From positions 1 through 64,000 of the forward strand of contig JAKLZA010000030.1 in assembly GCA_030704615.1 (NCBI GenBank): a DNA stretch of 64,000 nt, read 5' to 3'. Below are positions 1 to 11,789 of this stretch, piece by piece (position 1 is the first letter of the stretch; each line of letters opens with the position of its first letter). Below the pieces are notes generated by a model. That model was not told where the DNA came from and ran no database searches. It saw only the letters and a list, made by a program, of their open reading frames with translations. The stretch is from Takakia lepidozioides (Eukaryota > Plantae > Bryophyta). The translations under genes and the position numbers were made by a program.

Positions 1-1880
1 GCGACACACATGCGTAATGATCCGTCCTTCTTTTTCACAAACAAGATAGGCGCCCCCGCGGGTGATTTGGAATGTCGGATGAAGTGCTTTGACAAATTTT
101 CATCAATGTATTCGTGTAATGCAGCCAACTCCGTCTGGGATAAGTTATAGATTGGGCCGAATGGTGGTTGGGCTCCTTCTTGTGACTCAATTGCACAGTC
201 ATAAGGTCGATGTTCTGGCAATATGTCTGCATTTTTCTTCTCGAAGACATCTTTGAAATCTTGATATTGAGCGGGTAATGTTGAAGTACCTTTGTCTGTT
301 GTGGTCTTGATCGGAGTCGCATAAAGTGCAAATGCCGCCTCTTTTTTGGTAGCTCTCATGAAGGCTCTAGCTCAAGAAATAGGGGTTGAATACCTTTGGT
401 ACTTTTGCATTTTTGTCTTGCCGAAATTTTTCGTGATTGCCAATCGATGTCAGGATTATGAAGTACAAACCAGGGAAGTCCAAGGATCACAGGATTCGTT
501 GGAGACTGGATGACATCGAAAACAATCTGTGATGCTTGATTTTTAAGCTTCACTTCAAGGGGTCAAGTTTCATGGTCAACATTTCCTGATGCTAACGGTC
601 GTCCATCGATAACTTCAACAGGGCCGAGAATTTTTTTCTTACGAGCGTTAAATTGTGTTGCTTCGCAAAGTCTTTGTCAATAAGACACGTTGAAGCGCCC
701 GAGTCCAAAAGTGCTTCTACGGAGATATCTCGATTTTGCATCCTGATCTTTACTGGAATTGTGAAACAAGATACAGGGTCTGGAGGTAGAAAGAGACCTT
801 TTTTTGGTGAGGAATTTGGGGTGTCCAGCCGCATGGTCCCTACTGTGACTGGACATTTTGTTTTCCGACCTTCTCGTATCGAACAATTGAGTGGTGCCCC
901 GAGCTTTGAATCTTCTCTTGTTGGGGCAGTTTAATGTCATGTGATCATTTTCTCCGCAATAAAGGCATAATCCATTCGAGCGCCGTCTTTGTTTTTCTTG
1001 TGGCGTCAATGGCTTGAATCGGACAACATCAATCTGCATAGGATCATTACCGGATGTCTGATGGATCGTTGTATTTGGTACCGTAGTAGCAGCGGCATGG
1101 TGCGTCGTCAACCATCCAGATCGCTTCTCTTGACGTCTTTCGAACAAACGATTATCGCATGCAATGACTTGGGTGATGAATTCGCTCAGTGTACTCACGT
1201 TTGGCATTGTCAGCAACAAATCCTTAATCATCTTTTAGGCCACATCGAAACTGACTAATGATGCTCTTCTCATTCCAGTCAAGGTCGCACGCAAGTTGTC
1301 GAAATTCGGCAGCATAAACGGAAGCTGGACGTGCTCCTTGTCGAAGATTTTGCATCTTTGTCTCTCTGCAACTCTCTCTCTATCATCCTCTCCAAACGTT
1401 GCAGTGAACTCGGACATGAACGCTTCAAAATTGTATAGTAAATGCGAATTTTTCTCTAATAGCGGTGCAAACCAAGATAGGGCAGTGCCTGATAGAAGGT
1501 GCCCACGAATCCCACTTGAATACTTCATCAGAGTAGCGTTGTGGATATAGTAGTAGGAACAATCGTACTTGTTGAACAAAACCGCGAAATCTTGATCTCG
1601 TCCCATCAAATTTCTCGGGCATGCTGACCTTTGGTTCCCTTGTAATCTGTTGAAGATTTGGAGAAACCGTTGCAGTAGGATTTGTTGTAGTAGGGACTCG
1701 TAAGTTGAAGATCCATTGTTCGACTTCTTCAACTCTGAAATTTGTTGTTGCAAATTGTTGAGAGCATTGCCAAGGTCTTGAGATTGATCAGCTTAGTTGG
1801 GCAATAGAGGCACGAATTTCTTGCATCTGGAGTTGAAGACTCTGCAATGTGGCGACCATTTCCGCAAATGTGCCTTCCAT
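1..1880 (-). mobile_element. Ty3/gypsy (chromovirus/Tcn1-like) gag-protease-RT start, frameshifted, running off the left window edge
   Basis: ATG at 1880 (MEGTFAEMV..., coiled-coil N-terminus). Capsid PEKFDGTRSRFRGFVQQVRL...LSGTALSWF. Zinc knuckle CLYCGENDHMTLNC, protease ALLDSGAS, VILGLPW. RT N-terminal region below ~330. Confidence 0.9.
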
Positions 1881-1918
1881 CTTAACTAACTAAGGAACAA
1901 ACTTTAGTCTCGCCAAAC

Positions 1919-2140
1919 TGTCAAAGACGAGAACATGACTGAACACAAACAAGAGATAAGACTAGAGGTACAAGGCTAGACAAGAATCAAGGTCGGCGTG
2001 GCCGAATGCACGATGAGTAAATAGGAATCAAGACGATCTTTATAACAATGAACAAGATGTCATGGTTTTAGTCATGGTTATCTAGAATTACCTACTTCTA
2101 GTTAACTAGGACATTTTAGATATTTATATTTATATTTTGT
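1919..2140 (-). repeat. Partial 5' LTR of the gypsy element at 1-1880
   Basis: On the minus strand it ends ...TGACA and is followed by a PBS-like GTTTGGCGAGAC and a short leader before the gag ATG. The far end is truncated at ~2141. Confidence 0.6.
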
Positions 2141-2141
2141 G

Positions 2142-3401
2142 TGTTGGGAATTCATTTGGTCTCACATGCCAAGTGAGATGTCGAGCCTCACTTGAGATAT
2201 GGAGATAGGTTTTCCCCTTGTGAATGTTGAGGAGGCTCATCTTCTTGTAGTTGAGCCTCCATGAGCTTCTCTCACCTCCATAGCTCTAGGTATTGAGAGG
2301 GAGTGTGTTGAGGGCTTTGTAGGGTGGATTCATTTAGCAAAGGTGCCCTTGGCTTTACTTAGTTTATGTGATAGAGTGGATTTCACTTGGAAGGACTAGG
2401 GCTTGTTCTTCATGTGATTGCTTCATGCTTTGAGAGCTTTCATTGTCTTCTACTTCTCTCATTTCTCATTTCTTATCACTACAAGAAGATCACCTTATGC
2501 TTGTGAGTGCGGAGTGTAAGGATTAGTTTTGCACTTGTATTTTAAAGAGGTTGAGAGCTAGGAGAATTTAGCTCTTGTATCACAAGGCTTGCAAGGGGTT
2601 GCAAGGAAATGTGCTCAAGTATTGCACGCACCAAGGAGTTGGAGGCTTGAGAAGAAAGCTCTTGAGTCACAAGATTTTGCAAGGATTGTAAGGAGGAAGT
2701 CTTGTGTGTGTGGAAGCATGGATTCTAGGGTTTGAGAATCCTTTGTATGCATTATGGAGTCGATGGTGTGCGCCATGGCTTGTGGAGAGTGACTAAAGGC
2801 TTGTTAGTGCTCATTTCACTATCAAGCTAGGGTTAAGCAAGTTCAAAGTGTGGATGTTGTGGAAGAGAAGCCAAGGAGCTATATATGCTTGGGCTTGAAG
2901 ACAACAAGGGCAAGCACTTGGAGAGCACTAAGAAGCTCAAGAGGTTTTGAAAGGGAGCATGTGAAGAAATCTTCCAATCATGGTGGTGTGGAGCCAAGCT
3001 TAGGGTGCCATTGGAAGGGCTTGGAGAACATGTGGTGGGAAATCCTTGAAGGGAAATCATTATTCAATGTATGCATAGCTTTACCCTAACTATGTAATGT
3101 GACAAGAGGGGGAGGCAATACTTGGCTATTCATGCTCTTGGTAGTGCGAGCTTTGTGGTGGATAGTTGACCAAGCAAGTGGTGCATGTGTGGAGCATGCT
3201 CGCTTGAGTTTGTAAGTTCAAGTTTGAGAAGGGGAGCTCTTGAACTAGCAAGAGGTGAAGGCCTTTGAGATCCATTTGTGTGTGAAGTGGAGAGGTGTTG
3301 ATTCATGTTATGATGAAGGAGAGCAACACATAGGCCAAGAGGTCATGGAACATGCATTCAAATGACCACGGGGAGCACATGGATGATGGATTGGTGCAAG
3401 A
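2142..3401. mobile_element. Non-coding LTR-like fragment of an unidentified retroelement
   Basis: Starts TGTTGG, is purine-rich and internally repetitive, has no credible ORF, and is sandwiched between two other TEs. Confidence 0.35.
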
Positions 3402-3927
3402 TGTCGTGCGCATACGTATCGCTACACAACTACATCGCTGTCCAAACCACACCACACATATATGCACAATAAAGTAGTCTGCCACAATGATAAGAAAAGC
3501 TAAGAACACACTCTTAACACAAGAAACATGAAATCCATCTCATCATCACTCTTTCAGATAATAGTCGAGCCAGGGGCACCCCAAGCTATGGGGACTCCAC
3601 CCCACAACAACCTATCCTCCCATCATAAGTACACTCAGTTCTAAACGATGAAGGAGCTCGGTCGCGCAGGCTCAACTCGAGAGAGATGAGCTGCGCGATT
3701 GACGCTCTCGTGAAGATAAGACAGTTCAGTTGTCAAACTAAACTTGACACCTGATTAACACTTGACCTAAATCCAAGTGTTAAATACAAATAACTAGCTT
3801 TATTCTAGTTAGTTTCACACTGTGCTTATTTAACTTGACAGCTGTCGTGCGCATACGTATCGCTACACAACTACATCGCTGTCCAAACCACACCACACAT
3901 ATATGCACAATAAAGTAGTCTGCCACA
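3402..3927 (-). repeat. 3' LTR with A-B-A structure (85-bp identical direct repeats at 3402-3486 and 3843-3927)
   Basis: Exact duplication of TGTCGTGCGCATACG...GTCTGCCACA. PPT (minus strand CTAGGGGGGCG) lies next to 3927. GACAGCTGTC palindrome at the A/B junction. Confidence 0.85.
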
Positions 3928-4185
3928 ATCGCCCCCCTAGCTGGTGGATAGGTCCCTAAACTCCAGATAGCTACAAGATGTAATAGCCACAACCGTACTA
4001 AGTCCTCTATCACTGTCCCTATTGTACTCAAACTCTAAAGACCAAGAGGCCGGGTACAAGAGTAGCCCCATCGTTAGTCGCCGTCTTGCAATCTGTGAAC
4101 TTGAGCCAGGATCTCGTGTGTTCAAGGTCTCCTAGTAGCTTGGCCTTGCATTTCTTGTTAGCCTCCATAGTTGTATCCACTCCCA

Positions 4186-5577
4186 CTATCCAATGCATTG
4201 TGGACATAACCAATCCCCATCCGGAACCATCTCAAGAGGTGGAGTCAAGCATCCCATATGCCAACCTCTAGAGCATTGATCACACACCAGCATGGTGGCT
4301 GCCCCTTTAGCAGACCCACACAACATGCACCTCAAACTTGCAGATACCACTGCCAGGTTTGGGTCACATGGCGCACAATTACGCACATGGTCCTTCCAAG
4401 TTATGCCATCCCGACCCTCCAAGACCAAGACGCCTGAGGGCAAGACCTCTCGAACCCTCAAAATAACACGTCCTGCAGTCACATCCAAGGTCGTAGGAGC
4501 AGTCTGCTGCAGATAGACATAGTCACCAGGATTGAATCTCCGAACCCCAGGACGATAGCCCCCACCACGTATGGTAGCATACCTCAACGTATCACGGTGT
4601 TGTGCAATGGCAAGGTTCTCGAAAGCCATGGGCATGACTTTCTTGAATAACTCTGCACGCTGCTCACATGCACGTGCCCACATGTCCGGATCATCAAGGT
4701 TAAGAACTGTAGCAGCTTCCTGCGAATGGATGTAGGCAAATCCGGCTCTCGGCCAAAGAGAAGAAAGTATGGTGAGAAGGAGGCAAGTGATGCTTGCTTG
4801 CTGAACCTGTAGCCCATGGCTAACCAGGGTAACTGAAGGTCCCAATCTCCTAGGTGTCCCTTCTGCAAGCCATACTTGCGCAAACCCTCTTTACTGTCTG
4901 AACAACTCTCTCTGCCAAGCCATCGGCTCAGGATGATCCCGAGAAGTGGTGCGGTGGTCTATCAAGGCCTTGTCACACAAAGCCTGAAACTCCCCCAAGA
5001 ACTCTCTCCCTTGGTCCGTGAGTACCTCAGCTGGAACACCGAATCGGCTAAGCACACAATCCAAGAATGCATACGCAGCTCCCTCACTAGCCTTATCAGG
5101 CAATAAACCAACTCAATCCAATTGGAGAAGTGCTCCACCATCACCAACACGTACTTGTTGTGGCGCATGGTCAGTGGCAACGGCCCTGCGAAGTCAAGAC
5201 TCCACCTGTAGCCCAATCCCATGATCGGAAGAGGTGCAATTGTGGAGTAGGGGCGTTGAATGAAGCACGCACCCTGTCACACACCATGCACCTAGCCACA
5301 AATTGTTGCACCTCTGTGTGCATACCACGCCACCAATACTGCCCCTGCAGTAGACTATGAGTGCGTCGCACCCCAAAATGCCCAACTCCTCATGGGCATG
5401 CCGCACTAACCGTGCCCGCTGTGTTGGGTGAGGCACAATCCTCACTCGACCATCCTCCCACACTCGGAGCAGGTGTGTCCCCTCCCACTTGAACCTCTTG
5501 GCTCGTTGTAGGATCCGATCCCTCTCCTTGGCAGTCACAGTGGCTGCCGTGTCTCCAGTGCGAAGATAGTCCAACAC
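4186..5577 (-). CDS. Integrase (HHCC zinc finger + DDE core) with C-terminal PHD finger, frameshifted
   Basis: HAHEELGH...CMVC; WSLDFAGPLP; VLTDQGREF; C4HC3 CMLC..MLVCDQCSRGWHMGCLTPPL..VPDGDWLCPQC. Confidence 0.9.
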
Positions 5578-5779
5578 AGTGAATCCTCATGTATATCTTT
5601 GGCGCCACCTTGCTCATTGCTGGCCTCAGGGTCCTCAGACACTTGATCCACAGTCATCCCTGTTGCAGGTCCAACCTGGCCTTCCGCTGCCAAGATACAC
5701 AGAAATGCAGATGCATGCCATCCGGGCACCATCTCCTCGTCCGTCTCACCATGCCACCACCGAGCTCCAGTGTCATTGC

Positions 5780-7200
5780 TCGTGCATGGATTGTGACTCA
5801 ACCCATCTGCATTGCGATTGACAAACCCCGGTCGATGCACCACCTGAAAGTCATACTCTTGAAGGATGAGTGCCCACCGTGCAAGCTTCCCCGTAAGCTT
5901 GTCTGACTCCATCAACCACTTGAGTGGTTGGTGATCCGTGACAAGGGTGAAGAGATTGCCATATAGATAGCACCTGAAGTGTGCCACGGCCCACTGCAGC
6001 TAAGCATTCTCCCTCATATGAGCTATACTTAGACTCGCAGCATTGTTTGAGCGGCTAGCGTAAGCCACTACGAACTCTCTTCCTCATCATCCACCTGTGT
6101 GAGCACCGCTCCAAGCCCCAACATGCTCCAATCCGTATGCAGCTGAAAAGGCCCCCTGATAGGTCGTCTCAAGATGGGCGCCGAGGTCAACCTCGCCTTG
6201 AGCTCTTGAAAAGCTTGTTCTTGCTCATCTTCCCACTGCCACTCCTGGTCCACCTTGGTCAGCTTGGTTAGAGCCTTTGCAATGGCACTAAATCCCTTAA
6301 CAAACCGTCTATAATAGTTTGTTAACCCATGAAAGTTCGAACTCGGCTCACATCCGTGGGGTGGAACCTGTGCAATGGACTCTACCTTAGTCTGCTGTAC
6401 CCCAATCCTCCAGGATATATCATGTGACCCAATACTCAATCTGGTTGTGGAAAAACTTGCACTTTCCCGGAAACTTCAATCCGTGCGCCCTCAAGCGCTC
6501 AAATACCCCCTGAAGGTGTCTCTCATGCTCTTCCACCGCACTAAAGATGATGATGTCATCTATGTAGCACCGAGCAAACTCCACCCCTGCTAGAATCCTG
6601 TCCATGACTCTTTGAAACTCTGCGGAGCGTTCTTAAGCCCAAATGGTAAGAACCGCCACTGGTATAGGCAATCCTTCCCGTGCTCATTGATCCCCCAGAA
6701 TGCCGTCTTTTGCTTATCCGCCTCCTTGATCGGCAACTGGTGATATCCGGATCGTAAATCCAACGTGCTAAAGACCTTGGCATGCCAATGGCATCAAAGA
6801 TCTCCTCTGGTGTTGGCATGGCATACCTATCGGACTTGGTCTGACGATTTACAGGCCGGTAATCACCGCACATACGTCTCTCCGTCCAATTGCCAAAGAC
6901 ATCCTTCTTGGCTGGCATCACTGTGGCTGAAGCATACTCTCCCCCAGATAGCTCCACCAAACCAGCCTCCCAAAGGTCTTGAGTTCTCATCTGAATCAAG
7001 GACCTCTCCATGTCACTGTATCTATAGGGTCTCCGAAAATTGGCGTGTCAGTACCAATTCAATGCGAATCTCTGACCCTTCAGTGCTCCTAAGTCCTTCA
7101 AACTGAAGGCAAAGCAGTTCTGTAAGCCCTCAAAACCGCCGTATACGTCGTCTCTCTCCTCCGGTGACTATAGGTCCAACATCAGGCTCCCAGTTGTCCT
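5780..7200 (-). CDS. Reverse transcriptase and RNase H, frameshifted
   Basis: RRMCGDYRPVN, YAMPTPEEIF, ARCYIDDIIIF, LTNYYRRFVKGF, FQLHTDWSMLGLGAVL, TDHQPLKWL, LARWALILQEYDF. Confidence 0.93.
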
Positions 7201-7555
7201 CCGTGACTGCAACCTTGAGTCCAGCAGGCTTAGAGGTAGAAGACGCGTCCCGTGGTTGCTATGTTGCAACCTCTTGAGCAGTGACCACTGCCTCCTCTGT
7301 CAGTGACAATGTCTCATCCTGCCCCATCATCCCATCCTTGAGGACCTCCTCAATCCGAGAAAATCCCAAGCTGATCCATCACCCGCCGCCTTGGCTGCCA
7401 ACTCCTTCTGAACCTCAAGCACCTCCCACGTGTGCCATGGATGCGACCTGCACCTCGTGGTCCTCACCTGCTCGCCCCCACTCGCTGCCTGTACCGTCTC
7501 GGTAGGCAGGGAGACCATGAAGGGAAGTGTACTCCGTACTCTGCGCTGCTCAGCC

Positions 7556-8500
7556 ATAGCCAAGCTGATAATCCAGGTCAAGCAATTGAGATCCATTGCT
7601 TGCCCCAACACCTGACGATGTGATGCCTCAGAAAGAGATGGCACCCATGGTACCAGTGGTAAAACCCATTGCCCGCTCGTCGTCAGCATTGGGCTCCACT
7701 AATTGTTGCAACTGGCTATCCCACAGAGGCCAGGTCCACCATCCCGAAAAGCATGGGATCCTGGGAAGCTGAGCAGTGTAGGTAATGCTGCTCGTGGTTG
7801 ACCCACCTGTTGACCACTGCCACGGTCATCGTGTCTCACACGTTGAGACTGCCTCCTTGTGTCCAAATGCTATCCACTGTGAGGTGTGTTGGCCGCTGCA
7901 CCCCATCAAATGCACGCTTGAGCAGTGTGGGTGGCATCAGTTAGTCCACCATAACCGTGGACAATGAGCCCGTGATCCCACTGCAGCTGCATCCAGCAAC
8001 ACTGCTGACCCAAGCCACGACCGGACTTGATGCACACTGGCCATCACCCTAGCCCGAGAATCACCCATCAGTGGCACATTCTCCAAGATGTATGCTGGAG
8101 ATACAGCTTGATGAAGCTGCAAGTGGCGCAAAACCCGCACCATCTCCCAAAATAGACCCGTCCTCGAGTCTCGCAATCCATTGCCATGCCCGGCTGATGA
8201 ATGCCCTTGGCAGGGCCAACCTGCCACTACCAGATCAATGGAGCCAACCTGCTCCAAATCCTGCGCCCCCAGCAACGAAATGTCTGCTTACAAGGCTTGT
8301 GGTATCCACGAACTGCAGACACTGGCAACAAATCAGGGTACTGCTGTACCATCTGAGCAACATGGCGCAGTGAGACGTGTCGTGCAGTCTCATCCCTCTC
8401 CACATACAGGTAACGTCGAACTCGTACACCTGCCTGCAGTACTGCGGCCAATCCAGTGCTGATCCCGCCAACAAGTCCAGAAGGCATATGCCTTCATCCG
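7556..8500 (-). CDS. C5 cytosine DNA methyltransferase domain (DNMT3-like) inside pol
   Basis: Motif I LDL(F)GGI with a 1-nt slip, II YLYVERD, IV DLVVAGWPCQGHS, LFWEMVRVL, VI YILENV, VIII RAHCPRLWWTN, IX ERAMGF, X RQVLGQAMD. Confidence 0.9.
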
Positions 8501-8850
8501 GGCATGCCATACAAGAGGTGTGGTATCCAATGGCGACAACTGAGGTGGTCCTGGTGCAATCACCGCACTCTCCTCTTCTCCTGACGGTACGAAGGCCTCT
8601 ACCCAGGCTTGTTGCACCCCGTCCATCAGCAGCCTGCTGCAAATCCTTGCTCGTACCCCACAATGGAGTGTGAGCAACCATGGCAGGCAACTCCGCCGTA
8701 TCATGCATGTCATCCTGCTCTGCTGAAGGTGGCACATCCTCTGCATGGGCATTGCCTTCCAGCAACTCTCCAGGCCAACTAACTGCAGCTGTAAAGGCGG
8801 CTAGTGTTGGCATCCTGCCCCGCTGGGCAGCCGCAATACCTCCAATAATA

Positions 8851-9335
8851 TCACAGGGAGCTGTACACGACGACCCTCCCCTGACTGCCATCCAGGCCTA
8901 TAGAAGCTGACTCCTCCCAAAAATCCAGGGTGAAGCCCATGGGGTACAACACTGCCCCACCAACCAGGACATCGTACGAGACCGCGTCTGTCACAATGGC
9001 CTTGGCTCGCATCACTGAGCCATCTGTAGGGTGATCCGGCTGTAGTCCAATGGCCAACTCACCGTGTCATGCCCCGAGCCTGCTCTGATCCTCCCAAGAT
9101 GTCTGTATCTGGAAAGGAAAGGCTCCATATCCGCCTCCATGAGGCCCAAACGTGCAATAGCAGCTCTGCCCAACATCAGTGGCTGAGCTCCCGAGTCCAA
9201 CAAGACCCGCAGTGGCCGGTACTTCTTACCTGCCGGTCCACTCAAAATGAAAATGCCATCCTGGTTGTCTAACAAGACAACTCCAGGTGTCACCATGGCG
9301 CGCTCAAAGGCTGGCCTAGCTGGCAGCTCCGTCAA
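8851..9335 (-). CDS. Retroviral-type aspartic protease
   Basis: RVLLDSGAQPLMLG and YDVLVGGAVL. Confidence 0.85.
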
Positions 9336-9604
9336 CCTGACAGCTGCAGCTTGCCATGCGCAGCCGTGGCAATCTTGACCCTCAAATCCGAGGATCCCTC
9401 TGCCACTACACCTTCCTACTCCGCAGAAGATGAAGTGACCTCCCCACTCTCACAGAGTGTTGCTGCTAGTCTGAACACTGCAGCTGGTCTTATCCCCGGC
9501 GTCGCAATCATGGTTGCTGAGAACAGTGGGGCTTGACACAGAGGTGGCTGCCCCCAACAACACATCGGCTGCACTACCTTAGTAGCAAGTGTCAGTGATG
9601 CACG

Positions 9605-10441
9605 TGTAGGCATTTTTATGGTTCTGTGAGTCTGGGACTTAGACACTTCTATGGGTTCTGAGGGGTACCCTTAATTTTTTGAGATAGACCGTCAGCCATA
9701 CACAGCCCATCACAGTCAGTCACAAGCCCGACATAGTCATAGCCCGTCACAGCATACACAGCCAGTCACAGCCCAACACAACCCGATACAGCCGTCACAG
9801 TCTGACACAGTCGCACAGTCAGTCACAGCTGTCACAGTCATAGGGAAACGGTTATCATGACAGGGAACGACTGTGGGGAACAACATCTGCCGGGAACATG
9901 TAATTCACGGAGGACGGTTAGTGAAGGAAAACGGTTAGAACAGCGCGTAAGGAGATAAAGCGGGCAGCGGAGACGAGAGGGGGGACTTTTTTGGGACGGA
10001 GATCACTCTGGGGGAGGACTGAGATCGAAGGAAGGGAAGCTGGCGAGGAGGAGGAGATACTATAGGACAGAGTTAGTACGAGATGTAGGATTACTTAGAG
10101 GGATAGATTAGAGAAGTTAGGACATCAGCATGTATCCGATTATGATTAATCTGATTCTCATCCGATACAAACACCTTGTGTTGAGAGACTTGTGAAGCTG
10201 TGTATGAATGAAATCAGGGGGGCCCAAAGAAGCAATCTGACGCTTCAAAAGATACTTGGTCAGATAAACAGGGAATATAAACTGATAAGGAATGTAATTG
10301 GAAACCCAACAATGATTCACTAGCTGCAGGTCTGAATGATTGTTTCACGCGGGCTGAATGCTTAGAGATATCTCCAACTCTTCTATCTTGGAGTTTCCCC
10401 CTCGGATAGCGAAGGGATGGGTGAGTAAAAGCCGTGTGACA
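9605..10441 (+). repeat. 5' LTR containing a CACAGCC microrepeat array
   Basis: Ends GTAAAAGCCGTGTGACA. The 5' boundary is approximate. Confidence 0.85.
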
Positions 10442-10975
10442 TTTGGCGACCATACTGGGGAACTGAGTCATGAACAACCAGATGTGACAGGCATCTGGTG
10501 GGATCATGGTGGTTGGAGGATTAAAGAATTTGATGTGAATCAAATTCCCTGTGGAACGAAGGAAGAAAGATTGTCCAAACAATTCTTTCAAAGGTTCTTG
10601 GAATTGCCAGACGGTTGTAAAGAAAATATTCTTAAGCGAGTGCATGATGCTGATCCGGAATGGGGTCTGGAGAAAGGAGTGATAAAGATTTATCAGGTAG
10701 CCTGTAGAGGAAGAGCACGGTGGTTACCAACATTGGTTTATGTGATAGCCTTGCTATCTATTAAGCGGGTAGAGTTTGAAAGCTGGGAGGAAAGGAAAGT
10801 GAATGTTTACACTCATATGCATGAGGAGCTTGTATTGGTAAAGAATTGGATTCCAAAGGATATCTTGTGGATCAAACTTACACCAAGAACAGCTTTTCAG
10901 ACTTGTTTACCATATGGTTATAGAATTTTGGTTGTTGCCACACTAAAAGAAATGAAAGATATGGAACATGAGTGA
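10358..10975 (+). CDS. Extra ORF upstream of gag, function unknown, with an F-box-like motif
   Basis: Conserved with 39143-39775 with many third-position differences. Contains RFLELPDGCKENILKRV. Confidence 0.6.
   Translation: MLRDISNSSILEFPPRIAKGWVSKSRVTFGDHTGELSHEQPDVTGIWWDHGGWRIKEFDVNQIPCGTKEERLSKQFFQRFLELPDGCKENILKRVHDADPEWGLEKGVIKIYQVACRGRARWLPTLVYVIALLSIKRVEFESWEERKVNVYTHMHEELVLVKNWIPKDILWIKLTPRTAFQTCLPYGYRILVVATLKEMKDMEHE
10444..10461 (+). other. Primer binding site, probably tRNA-Arg
   Basis: TGGCGACCATACTGGGGA, 2 nt after the LTR end and identical at 39253-39270. Resembles the complement of the plant tRNA-Arg(UCG) 3' end. Confidence 0.7.
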
Positions 10976-11789
10976 TGAAAGAGAAGCTAGACTCCAAAGA
11001 TATTCAGCAAAAGAGAAAGTTATCTGAAAGCTCATTATCCATACCTGTGGGAGAGAGGAATAGACATTGGGGAATCATTTGGACCTCTCACACCATTGAG
11101 ATCAGGGAGTACATCACCTATACCAGAGGAGCTAGAGTTGGATACCACACCTTCTTTTTCTTTGCAAGAAAGATTAAGGGACTTGGCAGAGGAAGAAGAT
11201 CAACCACGAGGTGAAAGATCTGAGGGTACATCCCTGGATAAAAGATTTGGCAGAAATCTTTGATAAGAGTTGGCATGGAACACCAAGAGCAGGAACTCCA
11301 GTTTCGGGAGCAAAAGATGAGGATACAGAACCAGCGGAGAGTTCAAACTCTCCAACATTATTACAAAATAGTTACATGAGTGAAGAAGAAGAAAACCAAG
11401 GGCAGAACTTGGAAGATGAAAACAGGAAAAAGAAATTTGGAAGATGAGGAATATAAAGAAGTAGACCCAGCAGCTGAGGTTGAGGTTGAGACTACAACCA
11501 GGACATCCCAACCCGTTGGACCTGGATCAAGTGGAGCACTTGGATCACAGGCCAACGAAGTGTCGGCTCAGAGGGATCAGGCGAAAGACCTGGATCTGGC
11601 TCTGGGGGACAGGGAGTGTGGAAAGTAGTGCAACTGAGGCTGGGAATACTGTGAATATAGAAAGGCCAGGAGCAGGAAGGGCTCAGGGGCCAGTAATTGG
11701 TGGAAGAACCACCACAAATACTACAGGTCCACAGGGACCAGCATCAGCCAAAGGGCCAACAACTGTTAGGGGGCGGGTGTAGGGTTGCA

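Larger units (their letters stand above)
3402..9604 (-). mobile_element. Ty3/gypsy retrotransposon with pol order PR-DNMT-RT-RNaseH-INT-PHD. The 5' part (gag, 5' LTR) is cut off by the insertion at 9605.
   Basis: Collinear minus-strand motifs for all six domains, a PPT at 3930-3940 and a 3' terminal repeat at 3402-3927. Confidence 0.92.

Noticed and set aside
7556-8500. DNMT as a bacterial restriction-modification gene or contamination
   Set aside because: It is embedded between gypsy PR and RT with matching strand and composition, has DNMT3-like motifs VIII and X, and has no cognate REase.
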